From assembly GCA_964609515.1 (NCBI GenBank), contig CAZSTZ010000002.1, positions 37,339-54,419 on the forward strand: a stretch of DNA of 17,081 bases, written 5' to 3'. This stretch comes from an uncultured bacterium. Lineage in GTDB: Bacteria > Cyanobacteriota > Cyanobacteriia > Cyanobacteriales > Microcoleaceae. The notes under the pieces were generated by a model, which saw only the letters and a program-made list of their open reading frames with translations, ran no database searches and was not told the origin of the DNA. This document shows, piece by piece, positions 8,123 through 15,519 of the stretch. The position numbers were made by a program, and so were the translations under genes. Position 1 is the first letter of the stretch. Every line of letters begins with the position of its first letter.

Positions 8123-8739
8123 TGAATAAATTAGACCTTTATCAAACTGTCGAAAATTTAGAGTCTGGCGAACTAGAAAAACAAGTTTGTGCGCTAGAAG
8201 GCGCAGTAGAAATAGTTAACTTACTCGCCTTTAAAACTGTTGAAACATTCGAGAAAGCTTCCCACAAATTTCCCATCGCCGATCGCCTTTATCGCTTTGG
8301 TTCGATTATGGTACCCCACCTAGAACAATTGCTCGAAAAAACAGAAGATTTAGAAACCCAAATTCTAGCAGCAGTCGTACTGTTAAGATTGGGTTCCCAG
8401 GTAGGAGTTGATGTTTTATTAAATGCCATCTCCCGCGACAAACAATATCCCTGTTTGGCAGCAAGCTGTTTGGCAGCAGCGGGCATTAAAATAGCAATTA
8501 ATCCTATAAGCGATCGCCTCAGAAACGCCAGTTTTGAAGAGATAGATTTAATCGTCGGTTTGCTAACTGCTTTGGAAGAATTAAACGGCGAAATACCTCC
8601 CGATATCTATCGACTTTTTACAGTTGCCGATGCCCCGTGGCAAATTAAAGCTATAATTCAAGATAGGGAATTAAGCGGCGATCGAAAGTTAGTTTTAGAC
8701 AGCTTTACGTCTAACTATGTTAGGGAGATTAACTATTAA
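8122..8739 (+). CDS. Hypothetical alpha-helical protein with HEAT/ARM-like repeats (205 aa), second gene of the cassette
   Basis: Repeated helical hairpin pattern (AAVVLLRLGSQVGVDVLLNAISRD...CLAASCLAAAGIKIAINPISDRL) resembles HEAT-like repeats. Translationally coupled to the upstream ORF. Confidence 0.5.
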   Translation: MNKLDLYQTVENLESGELEKQVCALEGAVEIVNLLAFKTVETFEKASHKFPIADRLYRFGSIMVPHLEQLLEKTEDLETQILAAVVLLRLGSQVGVDVLLNAISRDKQYPCLAASCLAAAGIKIAINPISDRLRNASFEEIDLIVGLLTALEELNGEIPPDIYRLFTVADAPWQIKAIIQDRELSGDRKLVLDSFTSNYVREINY

Positions 8740-8797
8740 CTGTCCTAGTAGGGTGCGCACCGCGCACCAAAAAAATATTTAAAAAAAGGAAAAAACC

Positions 8798-9418
8798 ATG
8801 ACTCAAGCAATAGAAAAACCCCAACTAATGACCCTAGACGAATTTCTAGCCTGGTATCCAGAAGACGGGAAAATTTACGAACTACATAAAGGAGTTATTT
8901 TTGAAATGCAACCCACAGGCACTCACCAACAAATTGCTGGCGAACTTTCTGGGGAATTGTTCTTAGAAATTCGGCGCTTACATCTTCCTTACACTATTCC
9001 CAGTCAATGCATCGTTAAGTCAATTAATACAGACAATTCTGGATTCAATCCCGACGTAACAATTCTCGATAAAAACGCTTTAGAAAACGAGCCGATGTGG
9101 AAAAAACGTTCCACAATTACCAACGGAGAAACTGTCAAGTTAGCCCTTGAAGTTGTCAGCACTAATTGGCAGCATGATTATTTAATGAAACTGTTTGAAT
9201 ATGAAAATCTAGGAATTTATGAATATTGGATAGTTGACTATTTAGGATTAGGTGGAAGGCGATTTATTGGCAGTCCCAAACAGCCGACTATTTTTGTTTA
9301 TGTAATGGTGGATGGCGAATATGAAGTAAAAACGTTTCGAGGTAGCGACAGAATCGAATCATCAATTTTTCCCGAATTAAATTTAACGGCGGAACAAATA
9401 TTTGCAGCAGGTAGTTAA
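8798..9418 (+). CDS. Uma2-family (DUF820) restriction-endonuclease-fold protein, copy B (mosaic paralog of copy A)
   Basis: 206 aa. Identical to copy A at residues 1-40 (a few substitutions) and at residues 80-206. Residues 41-79 are divergent (IAGELSGELFLEIRRLHLPYTIPS versus VIGFLVTKFAVQLENLQLAYLLVT). Confidence 0.85.
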   Translation: MTQAIEKPQLMTLDEFLAWYPEDGKIYELHKGVIFEMQPTGTHQQIAGELSGELFLEIRRLHLPYTIPSQCIVKSINTDNSGFNPDVTILDKNALENEPMWKKRSTITNGETVKLALEVVSTNWQHDYLMKLFEYENLGIYEYWIVDYLGLGGRRFIGSPKQPTIFVYVMVDGEYEVKTFRGSDRIESSIFPELNLTAEQIFAAGS

Positions 9419-9448
9419 AACGTAGCACCGCGCACCAGTATAATTATC
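9032..9448 (+). repeat. Direct repeat of about 415 bp, nearly identical to 7235-7650 (1 substitution, 1 single-nucleotide indel). It covers the 3' two-thirds of the Uma2 gene plus a 27-bp downstream tail.
   Basis: Base-by-base comparison of the two segments within the window. Confidence 0.9.
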
Positions 9449-9508
9449 CTTCCACTCCGTTCCACCCAACCTACTTTTGCCTCTTGCCTTTTACCTCTTG
9501 CCTTCTCC

Positions 9509-9579
9509 TGAGATTGCCACGGGGGGGTTAACGAAAATCGACCCAAATTAATCGGTTTCCCACCCCCCCTCGCAATGAC
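9509..9579. repeat. Half copy of the MITE-like element seen at 1022-1177. TGAGATTGCCACGG (9509-9522) and CCTCGCAATGAC (9568-9579) with the same 70-bp spacing and G7/C7 tracts.
   Basis: Exact match to the right-hand arms of the element at 1108-1177. Confidence 0.55.
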
Positions 9580-9698
9580 ATATTGCCAACCTCCATCGCC
9601 CACCACCAACCCATCCGCTACAAACCAATCAAAACTTTTCCTCTGGCTCCCCCCTTTTTAAGGGGGGCGGGGGGGGGATCGATCCGCTACAAACCAAC

Positions 9699-12413
9699 CT
9701 ACTCATCCTCCCCAGGATTAGGATTAATCAAACCTTTCGCAGTGCCAAACAAATTAATCGGACTCTTGCCATCAGTAATCAACACGCTTTCAATACCCAG
9801 CCCCTCCAACAGTCGCGCCTGCATTTCTGGGCCGGCTTGAGCGATCGCCCTGATAGTATCCGCCCCCAAAGCCTGAACCTTCTCCCGAAACTCCGCCGCA
9901 TTCATCCCCGCCAGACGCCTCGCCTTCTCCAACTCCAAACTATCGAAAGCCTGCTTGCGCTCAATCTCCGCCTCCTGACGCGCCCTGATAATAGCCGACT
10001 CCGCCTCAAAACGGATCCGCGCCGCCTCCGCTTCCTGCTGGGCTAACATAATCGTCGCCTCCCCGCGAATTCTCGCCGTTTCTGCCTTCGCCCTCGAATC
10101 CGCGTTCGCCCTTCCAGTAGCTTCAATAGCCGCATTTTCAGCCTGCAACTCCAGTAAACTTCTGCGTTCCGTTTCTGCCGCGCTTTCATCGACAATTCCC
10201 TGCCTTTCCAAACGCGCTTTTGCCTCCTGTTCGATCCGTTTGGCATCGTTTCTGGCAGCCGCTTCTTGAGCGTCGGTGGTAATCTTTATCGCCAACTGTA
10301 CCGATTTTTGCAAGCTCTTTAAAGTCTCCTCGTCAACCGGTTCCACCGACTGAATATCGACGTTAGTAATTACCAGATTGTTAGTTCGGAAGCGAAACTC
10401 CTCCCGCAGATTTCCCCCTTCATCCAACCCGAACACCGCCTCCCGAATAATCTGCGCCGACTGGCGGTGGAACTGCTCGAAACTGACACCGGCAACAGTC
10501 CCCCGAACTTGAGAAGCGATCGCCTTGCAAGCAGTATTGACAAAATCGGGAACCTGAAACAACTTCGCCGCTTCCTCTTGGCTGTTCTTGTCAACATCAA
10601 AATACCAATTATAAGACAACCGCAACTGCAACCGGGCGTGGTCTAAAGTTTCCACCGCAAACATATCCGTCATAAAATCCGGCCCCAACAGCAAAGCCAA
10701 AGACTTAATAACGTGAGGTCTTTTCGGCACCGAACCCGACAAACTCAACACCGTCACTTCCTCTTCCGGTCCTAACATTACCAAATCTGGACCGAAGACA
10801 ACGCGAGCAGTTCTCTCTTTGTAGTTATGAACCTGCACCGCCCCATTTTGGGGAACCTGGAAAACAACCGCCCTAGTTTTATCCCGCTGGTTTGCCGGGC
10901 CCCCGTAGGGATTGCCATGCCCCCCTCGGTAGCGCCCCCTGTCCGCCAAGGGGTCGATTTTTTTCATCAATATTTCTTCAACCGCCGGCGGAATTTCCTT
11001 TTCCCAAAGTTCCTGGTAAGGAGTTAATAAATATGCTTGCGGTCCGCGAATTAAACTTAGTTCTCCCGTCTGGATGTTGCGCACATAAATTCCCTCGTTT
11101 TGGTCTAAAGGAATCGCTTCGCGTTTTTCCACAACCTCCACTTCCAACGGAGGCACATAATCCCGAGGACCGTAAATCGTCCACAAATCCCCCGGTTGTC
11201 GTCGCACAGCGTTAGTACCCTCGCCCTCGGTAAACCGTTCCGTTGCCCGCAGCAACAGAGCTTCGCGCTCTCCCAGAACGTAAACATCTCGAATGCCTGT
11301 TTGGTAGTTATACTCGGGTTCTAAATCTAAACCTAGCTCTAGTTCTTGGAATACATCGTCAAAGGTTTCGCTATTTTCTTCGCTACCCTCGATATACTCT
11401 CCCGGATGCAAGAAAAAGGAAGTGCGACCTTGACGAATTTCTCGCCTGCCCAATTGGGGTTTGCCGTTGTCATCCACCGGGTTAACGATAACGCACCATT
11501 GGCGATCGCTTAAAGTAACTACTCCCACTTCGCCGATGACTTCTTCATAAACATCGGGTATGTGAGTTTCCGCATCTTCGTAAGTTACCAACCACTCGTC
11601 TCCCGCCTTGCGATACCGACCGAATATATCCGTAAAAGTTCGCCTCGCCTGTAAATGTAATGCTTTTTGTTCCGTTAAAACGTAAGCTTCTACTACTACT
11701 CCCACTTCTTCTTCCACGCCCGGCAAATAGGCCCCCACTTCTCTTACCAACCATTCCTCGCCAGCGATGCGAGGGTTGCCCTGGCGGTCTATACAGTCTC
11801 GCCGCGCCTGCAAGCATAACGCCTGGTTCGGTTTGATAATCGTCGCGTTTACTACTTGTACTACTTCAACTTCAATTCGAGGAATATAAGTTCCCGGACC
11901 CTCAAACAGCCATTCGTCTCCCGCCAAACGTTCCATAGGTTCGGCTTCCGTTGCCGTAGTTTCTGTAGCGAGGGGTGCCGTCGTCGTTCTAGTGGTTTCT
12001 GTAAAATCGCGAATCGCCCTCAAACGGAGAGCTTGATTTCTTTTTACAACCTGTAGCTCTTTAATATCTCCTAATAGTTCTTCCCCGGGATATAGTGGGA
12101 AAGGTTCTTGCTCGAAACGATATTCGCGATCGCCATAATGCAACCTCACCTGACCGTAAGCGTCCGCCAGCGGTTCTCCCCGACTGTCGCGCATCACTGG
12201 GTTAGCAATTAAACAATAATGCCTCGGCGGCACTATTATCATCTGTTGGGGTGCTAAAACTAGACGTTCGCCCTGACCTAAAGTTACCGTCCGCGGACCT
12301 ACTTCTAGTCTGGTGACTCCACTATTATTATCTAAAATGTGGATATACTGTTGGGGTTTGAGTCTAATTACTCCCCCAGTTTCTAATGATTCCTGAGTTT
12401 GACCTTTATTCAT
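9699..12413 (-). CDS. MVP: Major vault protein (MVP) homolog, full length (904 aa from the ATG at 12411-12413)
   Basis: Very strong similarity to eukaryotic MVP along its whole length. N-terminus IRLKPQQYIHILDNNSGVTRLEVGPRTV...MIIVPPRHYCLIANPV versus human [28 protein letters not shown]...MVTVPPRHYCTVANPV. Repeat domains GDEWLFEGPGTYIPRIEVEVV, GEEWLVREVGAYLP and GDEWLVTYEDAETHIPDVYEEV. Shoulder region RAVVFQVPQNGAVQVHNYKERTARVVFGPDLVMLGPEE...TVLSLSGSVPKRPH...LLLGPDF, and the cap-helix coiled coil. The track ORF starts at 12464, but the ATG at 12413 is preceded by GAGGAGGTG 7 nt upstream, a strong SD. The stop is at 9699-9701. Confidence 0.95.
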   Translation of the reverse strand: MNKGQTQESLETGGVIRLKPQQYIHILDNNSGVTRLEVGPRTVTLGQGERLVLAPQQMIIVPPRHYCLIANPVMRDSRGEPLADAYGQVRLHYGDREYRFEQEPFPLYPGEELLGDIKELQVVKRNQALRLRAIRDFTETTRTTTAPLATETTATEAEPMERLAGDEWLFEGPGTYIPRIEVEVVQVVNATIIKPNQALCLQARRDCIDRQGNPRIAGEEWLVREVGAYLPGVEEEVGVVVEAYVLTEQKALHLQARRTFTDIFGRYRKAGDEWLVTYEDAETHIPDVYEEVIGEVGVVTLSDRQWCVIVNPVDDNGKPQLGRREIRQGRTSFFLHPGEYIEGSEENSETFDDVFQELELGLDLEPEYNYQTGIRDVYVLGEREALLLRATERFTEGEGTNAVRRQPGDLWTIYGPRDYVPPLEVEVVEKREAIPLDQNEGIYVRNIQTGELSLIRGPQAYLLTPYQELWEKEIPPAVEEILMKKIDPLADRGRYRGGHGNPYGGPANQRDKTRAVVFQVPQNGAVQVHNYKERTARVVFGPDLVMLGPEEEVTVLSLSGSVPKRPHVIKSLALLLGPDFMTDMFAVETLDHARLQLRLSYNWYFDVDKNSQEEAAKLFQVPDFVNTACKAIASQVRGTVAGVSFEQFHRQSAQIIREAVFGLDEGGNLREEFRFRTNNLVITNVDIQSVEPVDEETLKSLQKSVQLAIKITTDAQEAAARNDAKRIEQEAKARLERQGIVDESAAETERRSLLELQAENAAIEATGRANADSRAKAETARIRGEATIMLAQQEAEAARIRFEAESAIIRARQEAEIERKQAFDSLELEKARRLAGMNAAEFREKVQALGADTIRAIAQAGPEMQARLLEGLGIESVLITDGKSPINLFGTAKGLINPNPGEDE

Positions 12414-12545
12414 ACCGCACCTCCTCAAATAATTAATAATTAACAATTGCTCTTTTCTCAGCAATAATTCATCTGCTACGTCTGTTGCAAAATTTGCTGT
12501 TAACTAAGCTTTTTATCGCGCTCCGCGATTACTACGAACAATTCA

Positions 12546-15083
12546 TTACTGCCTCCACAACTTAATAGTATTGTCTTTGCTGCCGCTGGCAATAGTCTTA
12601 CCATCGGGACTAAAAGCAACGGTATAAACCTCATCAGTATGTCCCTCTAAGGTACTAAATAACTCCCCAGTTTCTAAATCCCAAATTTTCACCGTATTGT
12701 CCTTGCTGCCGCTAGCAATAAACTTACCATCCGGGCTAATATCCACGTCAATAATATCATTAGAATGCCCTTCTAAAGTATTAATTAATTCTCCAGTTTC
12801 TAAATCCCAAATTTTAAGAGTATCGTCATAACTGCCGCTGACTAATTTAGTAGAGTCGGGACTAATAGCTAAAGTTCTAACGCCTTCAGTATGACCTGCC
12901 AAAGAATGAATTAAACCCCCCGTTTGTAAATTAACAACTTTAATAGTAGTATCCTCGCTGCCCGTGGCAAAAGTTTCACCGTCAGGAGCGATCGCCACCG
13001 CATAAATAATATTAAAATGATAGAAAAGATTGTAAATAAGAAAACCCGTATCCGTATCCCAAATTCTAACTACGGTATCCCCGCTACCGGTAATAGCTGT
13101 TCTGCCATCAGGACTAACAGCAACGGACCAAACGGGACCGTAATGGTCTAAAGAATACAAAAACTGTTCTGTTTCTAAATCCCAAATAAGTAGCCGCCAA
13201 TCGTAAGTAGCGGCAGCCAGTTTTTGCCCGTTATTAACATTAACATCAAAAGACCAAATAGGAGAACCATCGCCAAAAAAAGTTTTGCTAGATTCGCCGA
13301 TGGGCAATTCTAAAACTTCAAGAGAATTATTTTCACCGTTGCTAATAATTAATTCACCTTGAGGACTAAAAACAACATTTCTGACTATGCCATAATTGTC
13401 GCTTAAGTCTTCAACAGTGGCATTTTTCCAATTAAGAGCCTCTTGGCACTCTTGCAAGACGTTTTGACTTTCAGCAAATTTACTCGAAGATTCGGGGACT
13501 TCTGCCGCTTCTTCGATGCAGCGATCGTAATTTCTATTCTGATAAAAACCATCAATTGTAGCAAATTCTCTCGCCTCTCGTGCTAACAGTTCTTCTCGTT
13601 GTTTTTCTAACCTTACTCTTTCCTGTAAATTTTGCCATTGAATGTAAAGATAAAGAGCAGCTATTAAAGCTAAAATTCCCGTAATGCTAACTCCCAACAA
13701 CCACCATTCTAAAGAACGTTTTTTTCTACTTCTTCGCTGCCGGAGTGTTTGAGAATTATTAGAATTATTAGAATTATTAGAATTATTAATCGCTGCCGGT
13801 TGCGACTTTAACCTCATCGTCGCTGCTTCCCGCTCTCTGGCACTAGGTAAGTTATAAATAAACTGAGATTCCTGCAAATCTTGAAGAAACTTCTTCAACT
13901 TTATAGAGAAAGATTTAGGCGCCAATCGTTCTTCAATTAAAGCGCTATCTTCATCGGAAACTCCGAGAACTTGCTGCAAGCGAATTAACTCTTCCCGAGT
14001 TTCTTTAGTAAAAGGATATCCATTATTCATCTCCTTTAATAAAGCTTGTTCGTATCGTTCCCCCTTTTCTCGATATTTTCGGTAAGGATTTAAAATCTCA
14101 TCTTCGATCGCCTCCGTCTCTTCTATGTCTATTTCTAAACTATCTCGTAATGCGTCTAAAATTTCTCTACCCACCACAGAAATATCTCCCCGGTGACTCG
14201 AAAGACGCACTACTTCTTGTCGATAGGTCATTTTTTTATCTATCGCTAATTGGGGAGACTCTTTTAATTTTTTTAGCTCCGCTAAGACTTCGGCAGCAGA
14301 CTGGTAGCGATCGTGGTAATCGTAGCAAACCATCTTATCTAAAATCTCTGCAAACCCCGGAGAACATACCGCTAAATGACGCCAAACAATCTCTCGTTTG
14401 TGCCCTTTTTTATAATCTTTTAGTTTTGATAATTCCTCCGGCGGCAAACCCGTTAATGCCTGAATGCCAATCATCCCCAAAGCATAAATATCGCTGTTTA
14501 ACTGGGGATTGTATTCAAACTGTTCGATCGGCATATATTCAATAGTGCCAATTCTCACCGTTCGCGGACTTTGACCTTGACGACCGTTCAGTTCTTTAAC
14601 CGCACCAAAATCGATTAAAACTAACTTGTCATCCGTATCCCGTCTGATTAAATTGCTTGGCTTAATATCTCGATGAATTACCCCATTTCCGTGAACGAAA
14701 ACTAAAATTTCTAAAACCTCGTTGAAAATCTCAATTACTTGGTCTTCCGACAGCGGTTTACCTGCTATTATCTCCTTTTCTAATGGGGTTCCCGTCACAT
14801 AAGATTCAACTAAGAAAAATTCTTTATTTTCTTCAAAATAAGCGTAAAGTCTAGGGATTTGATTGTGTTGAGAAAGCTTTTCTAAAGTCTGGGCTTCTTG
14901 TTGAAATCGACGTCTAATAATCTCAATTAAACGCGGGTCGAAATTTCCCGGTTGTAAGTGTTTTACAAAACAGCGCGGTTCTCCAGGCCGACGAGTATCT
15001 TTAGCCAGATAAGTTCTGCCAAATTCGGCTGATTCTATGACTTCAAGGATTTGATAACGTCCGTCTAAAAGTCTGCTAACCAT
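12546..15083 (-). CDS. Receptor-like Ser/Thr protein kinase: N-terminal Hanks-type kinase domain, a single TM helix, a coiled coil, and a C-terminal WD40 beta-propeller (about 7 repeats)
   Basis: 845 aa. Kinase motifs GRTYLAKD...VKHL, HRDIKPSNLI and DFGAVK. A basic stretch RRSRKKRS precedes the TM segment LEWWLLGVSITGILALIAALYLYI. C-terminal repeats of ...GH...VxxVAxSPDGxxxASGSxDxTIKxWDLETG... (WD40). Same strand as MVP and immediately upstream of it. Confidence 0.9.
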   Translation of the reverse strand: MVSRLLDGRYQILEVIESAEFGRTYLAKDTRRPGEPRCFVKHLQPGNFDPRLIEIIRRRFQQEAQTLEKLSQHNQIPRLYAYFEENKEFFLVESYVTGTPLEKEIIAGKPLSEDQVIEIFNEVLEILVFVHGNGVIHRDIKPSNLIRRDTDDKLVLIDFGAVKELNGRQGQSPRTVRIGTIEYMPIEQFEYNPQLNSDIYALGMIGIQALTGLPPEELSKLKDYKKGHKREIVWRHLAVCSPGFAEILDKMVCYDYHDRYQSAAEVLAELKKLKESPQLAIDKKMTYRQEVVRLSSHRGDISVVGREILDALRDSLEIDIEETEAIEDEILNPYRKYREKGERYEQALLKEMNNGYPFTKETREELIRLQQVLGVSDEDSALIEERLAPKSFSIKLKKFLQDLQESQFIYNLPSAREREAATMRLKSQPAAINNSNNSNNSNNSQTLRQRRSRKKRSLEWWLLGVSITGILALIAALYLYIQWQNLQERVRLEKQREELLAREAREFATIDGFYQNRNYDRCIEEAAEVPESSSKFAESQNVLQECQEALNWKNATVEDLSDNYGIVRNVVFSPQGELIISNGENNSLEVLELPIGESSKTFFGDGSPIWSFDVNVNNGQKLAAATYDWRLLIWDLETEQFLYSLDHYGPVWSVAVSPDGRTAITGSGDTVVRIWDTDTGFLIYNLFYHFNIIYAVAIAPDGETFATGSEDTTIKVVNLQTGGLIHSLAGHTEGVRTLAISPDSTKLVSGSYDDTLKIWDLETGELINTLEGHSNDIIDVDISPDGKFIASGSKDNTVKIWDLETGELFSTLEGHTDEVYTVAFSPDGKTIASGSKDNTIKLWRQ
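13752..13787. repeat. 9-bp in-frame microsatellite (AGAATTATT)x4 inside the kinase gene. It encodes (NNS)4 just N-terminal to the TM segment.
   Basis: Four perfect tandem 9-mers read directly from the sequence. The protein shows NNSNNSNNSNNS. Confidence 0.85.
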
Positions 15084-15105
15084 ATTTATAATTCTACTTC
15101 GCCGC

Positions 15106-15175
15106 AGTTGTTGGGAATTGCTAATTGCTAATTGCTAATTGCTAATTGTTAATTGCTAATTGTTAATTGTTAATT
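15106..15175. repeat. Heptamer tandem array (AATTGCT/AATTGTT) x10 (STRR-like), 23 bp upstream of the kinase start codon
   Basis: aattgct x4, aattgtt, aattgct, aattgtt x3, aattagc read directly. Same family as the repeats at 2287-2331. Confidence 0.85.
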
Positions 15176-15519
15176 GTTAATTAGCCATTACCTATCCAAC
15201 GGCTTTTCAGTAATCAAACGAGCCCCGCCCTCTCGGGTAAAATAACTCCACGCCCACTGAATCATCACTATCAATTTATTATCAAATTCGATGACGTAGT
15301 AGATGTGGACAAATACCCACGAAAAAAAAGAATGGAAGAATGGGAGCCGCGACGTTTTAACTCGCGGAGGGAATTATACTCAGGCGGTTTCAACCGCCGT
15401 GGTTTAAAAGGGTGGGAGGATTTTTCCTCCCTAATCTTCTACCGCCTTGGCCTTACTAACGACGGTGACATATTGCATTTGTCTTTCGTCCAGGCAATTA
15501 TGAACTCATGCTTTTAGGC

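Noticed and set aside
8289-8486. 65-aa antisense ORF within the HEAT-like gene
   Set aside because: Antisense overlap. No support.
9415-9840. ORFs 9415-9609 (-) and 9583-9840 (+) spanning the repeat-rich spacer between Uma2-B and MVP
   Set aside because: They run through poly-G/C tracts, MITE arms and direct repeats. The products are Gly/Pro-rich and low-complexity, and the second overlaps the MVP 3' end. Non-coding repeat DNA.
9837-12056. Multiple 60-107 aa ORFs on the plus strand and in alternate minus frames overlapping the MVP gene (e.g. 9837-10046, 10043-10246, 10892-11215, 11243-11485)
   Set aside because: They are low-complexity Arg/Pro/Ser-rich translations typical of antisense or out-of-frame reading of a GC-rich gene. 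The 921-aa MVP frame has overwhelming homology support.
12414-12545. Possible promoter or terminator between the kinase and MVP (hairpin ATCGCG-GAG-CGCGAT at about 12512-12526)
   Set aside because: In the transcribed (minus) orientation the hairpin is followed by an A-run, not a U-run. There is no convincing -35/-10 pair. Left as probable read-through.
15305-15517. 70-aa plus-strand ORF in the kinase-ndh intergenic region; also a 25-aa minus-strand mini-ORF at 15188-15265 (MIQWAWSYFTREGGARLITEKPLDR) upstream of the kinase
   Set aside because: No RBS, an odd basic composition, and a location in a repeat-rich spacer. The mini-ORF could be a leader peptide but there is nothing to support that.
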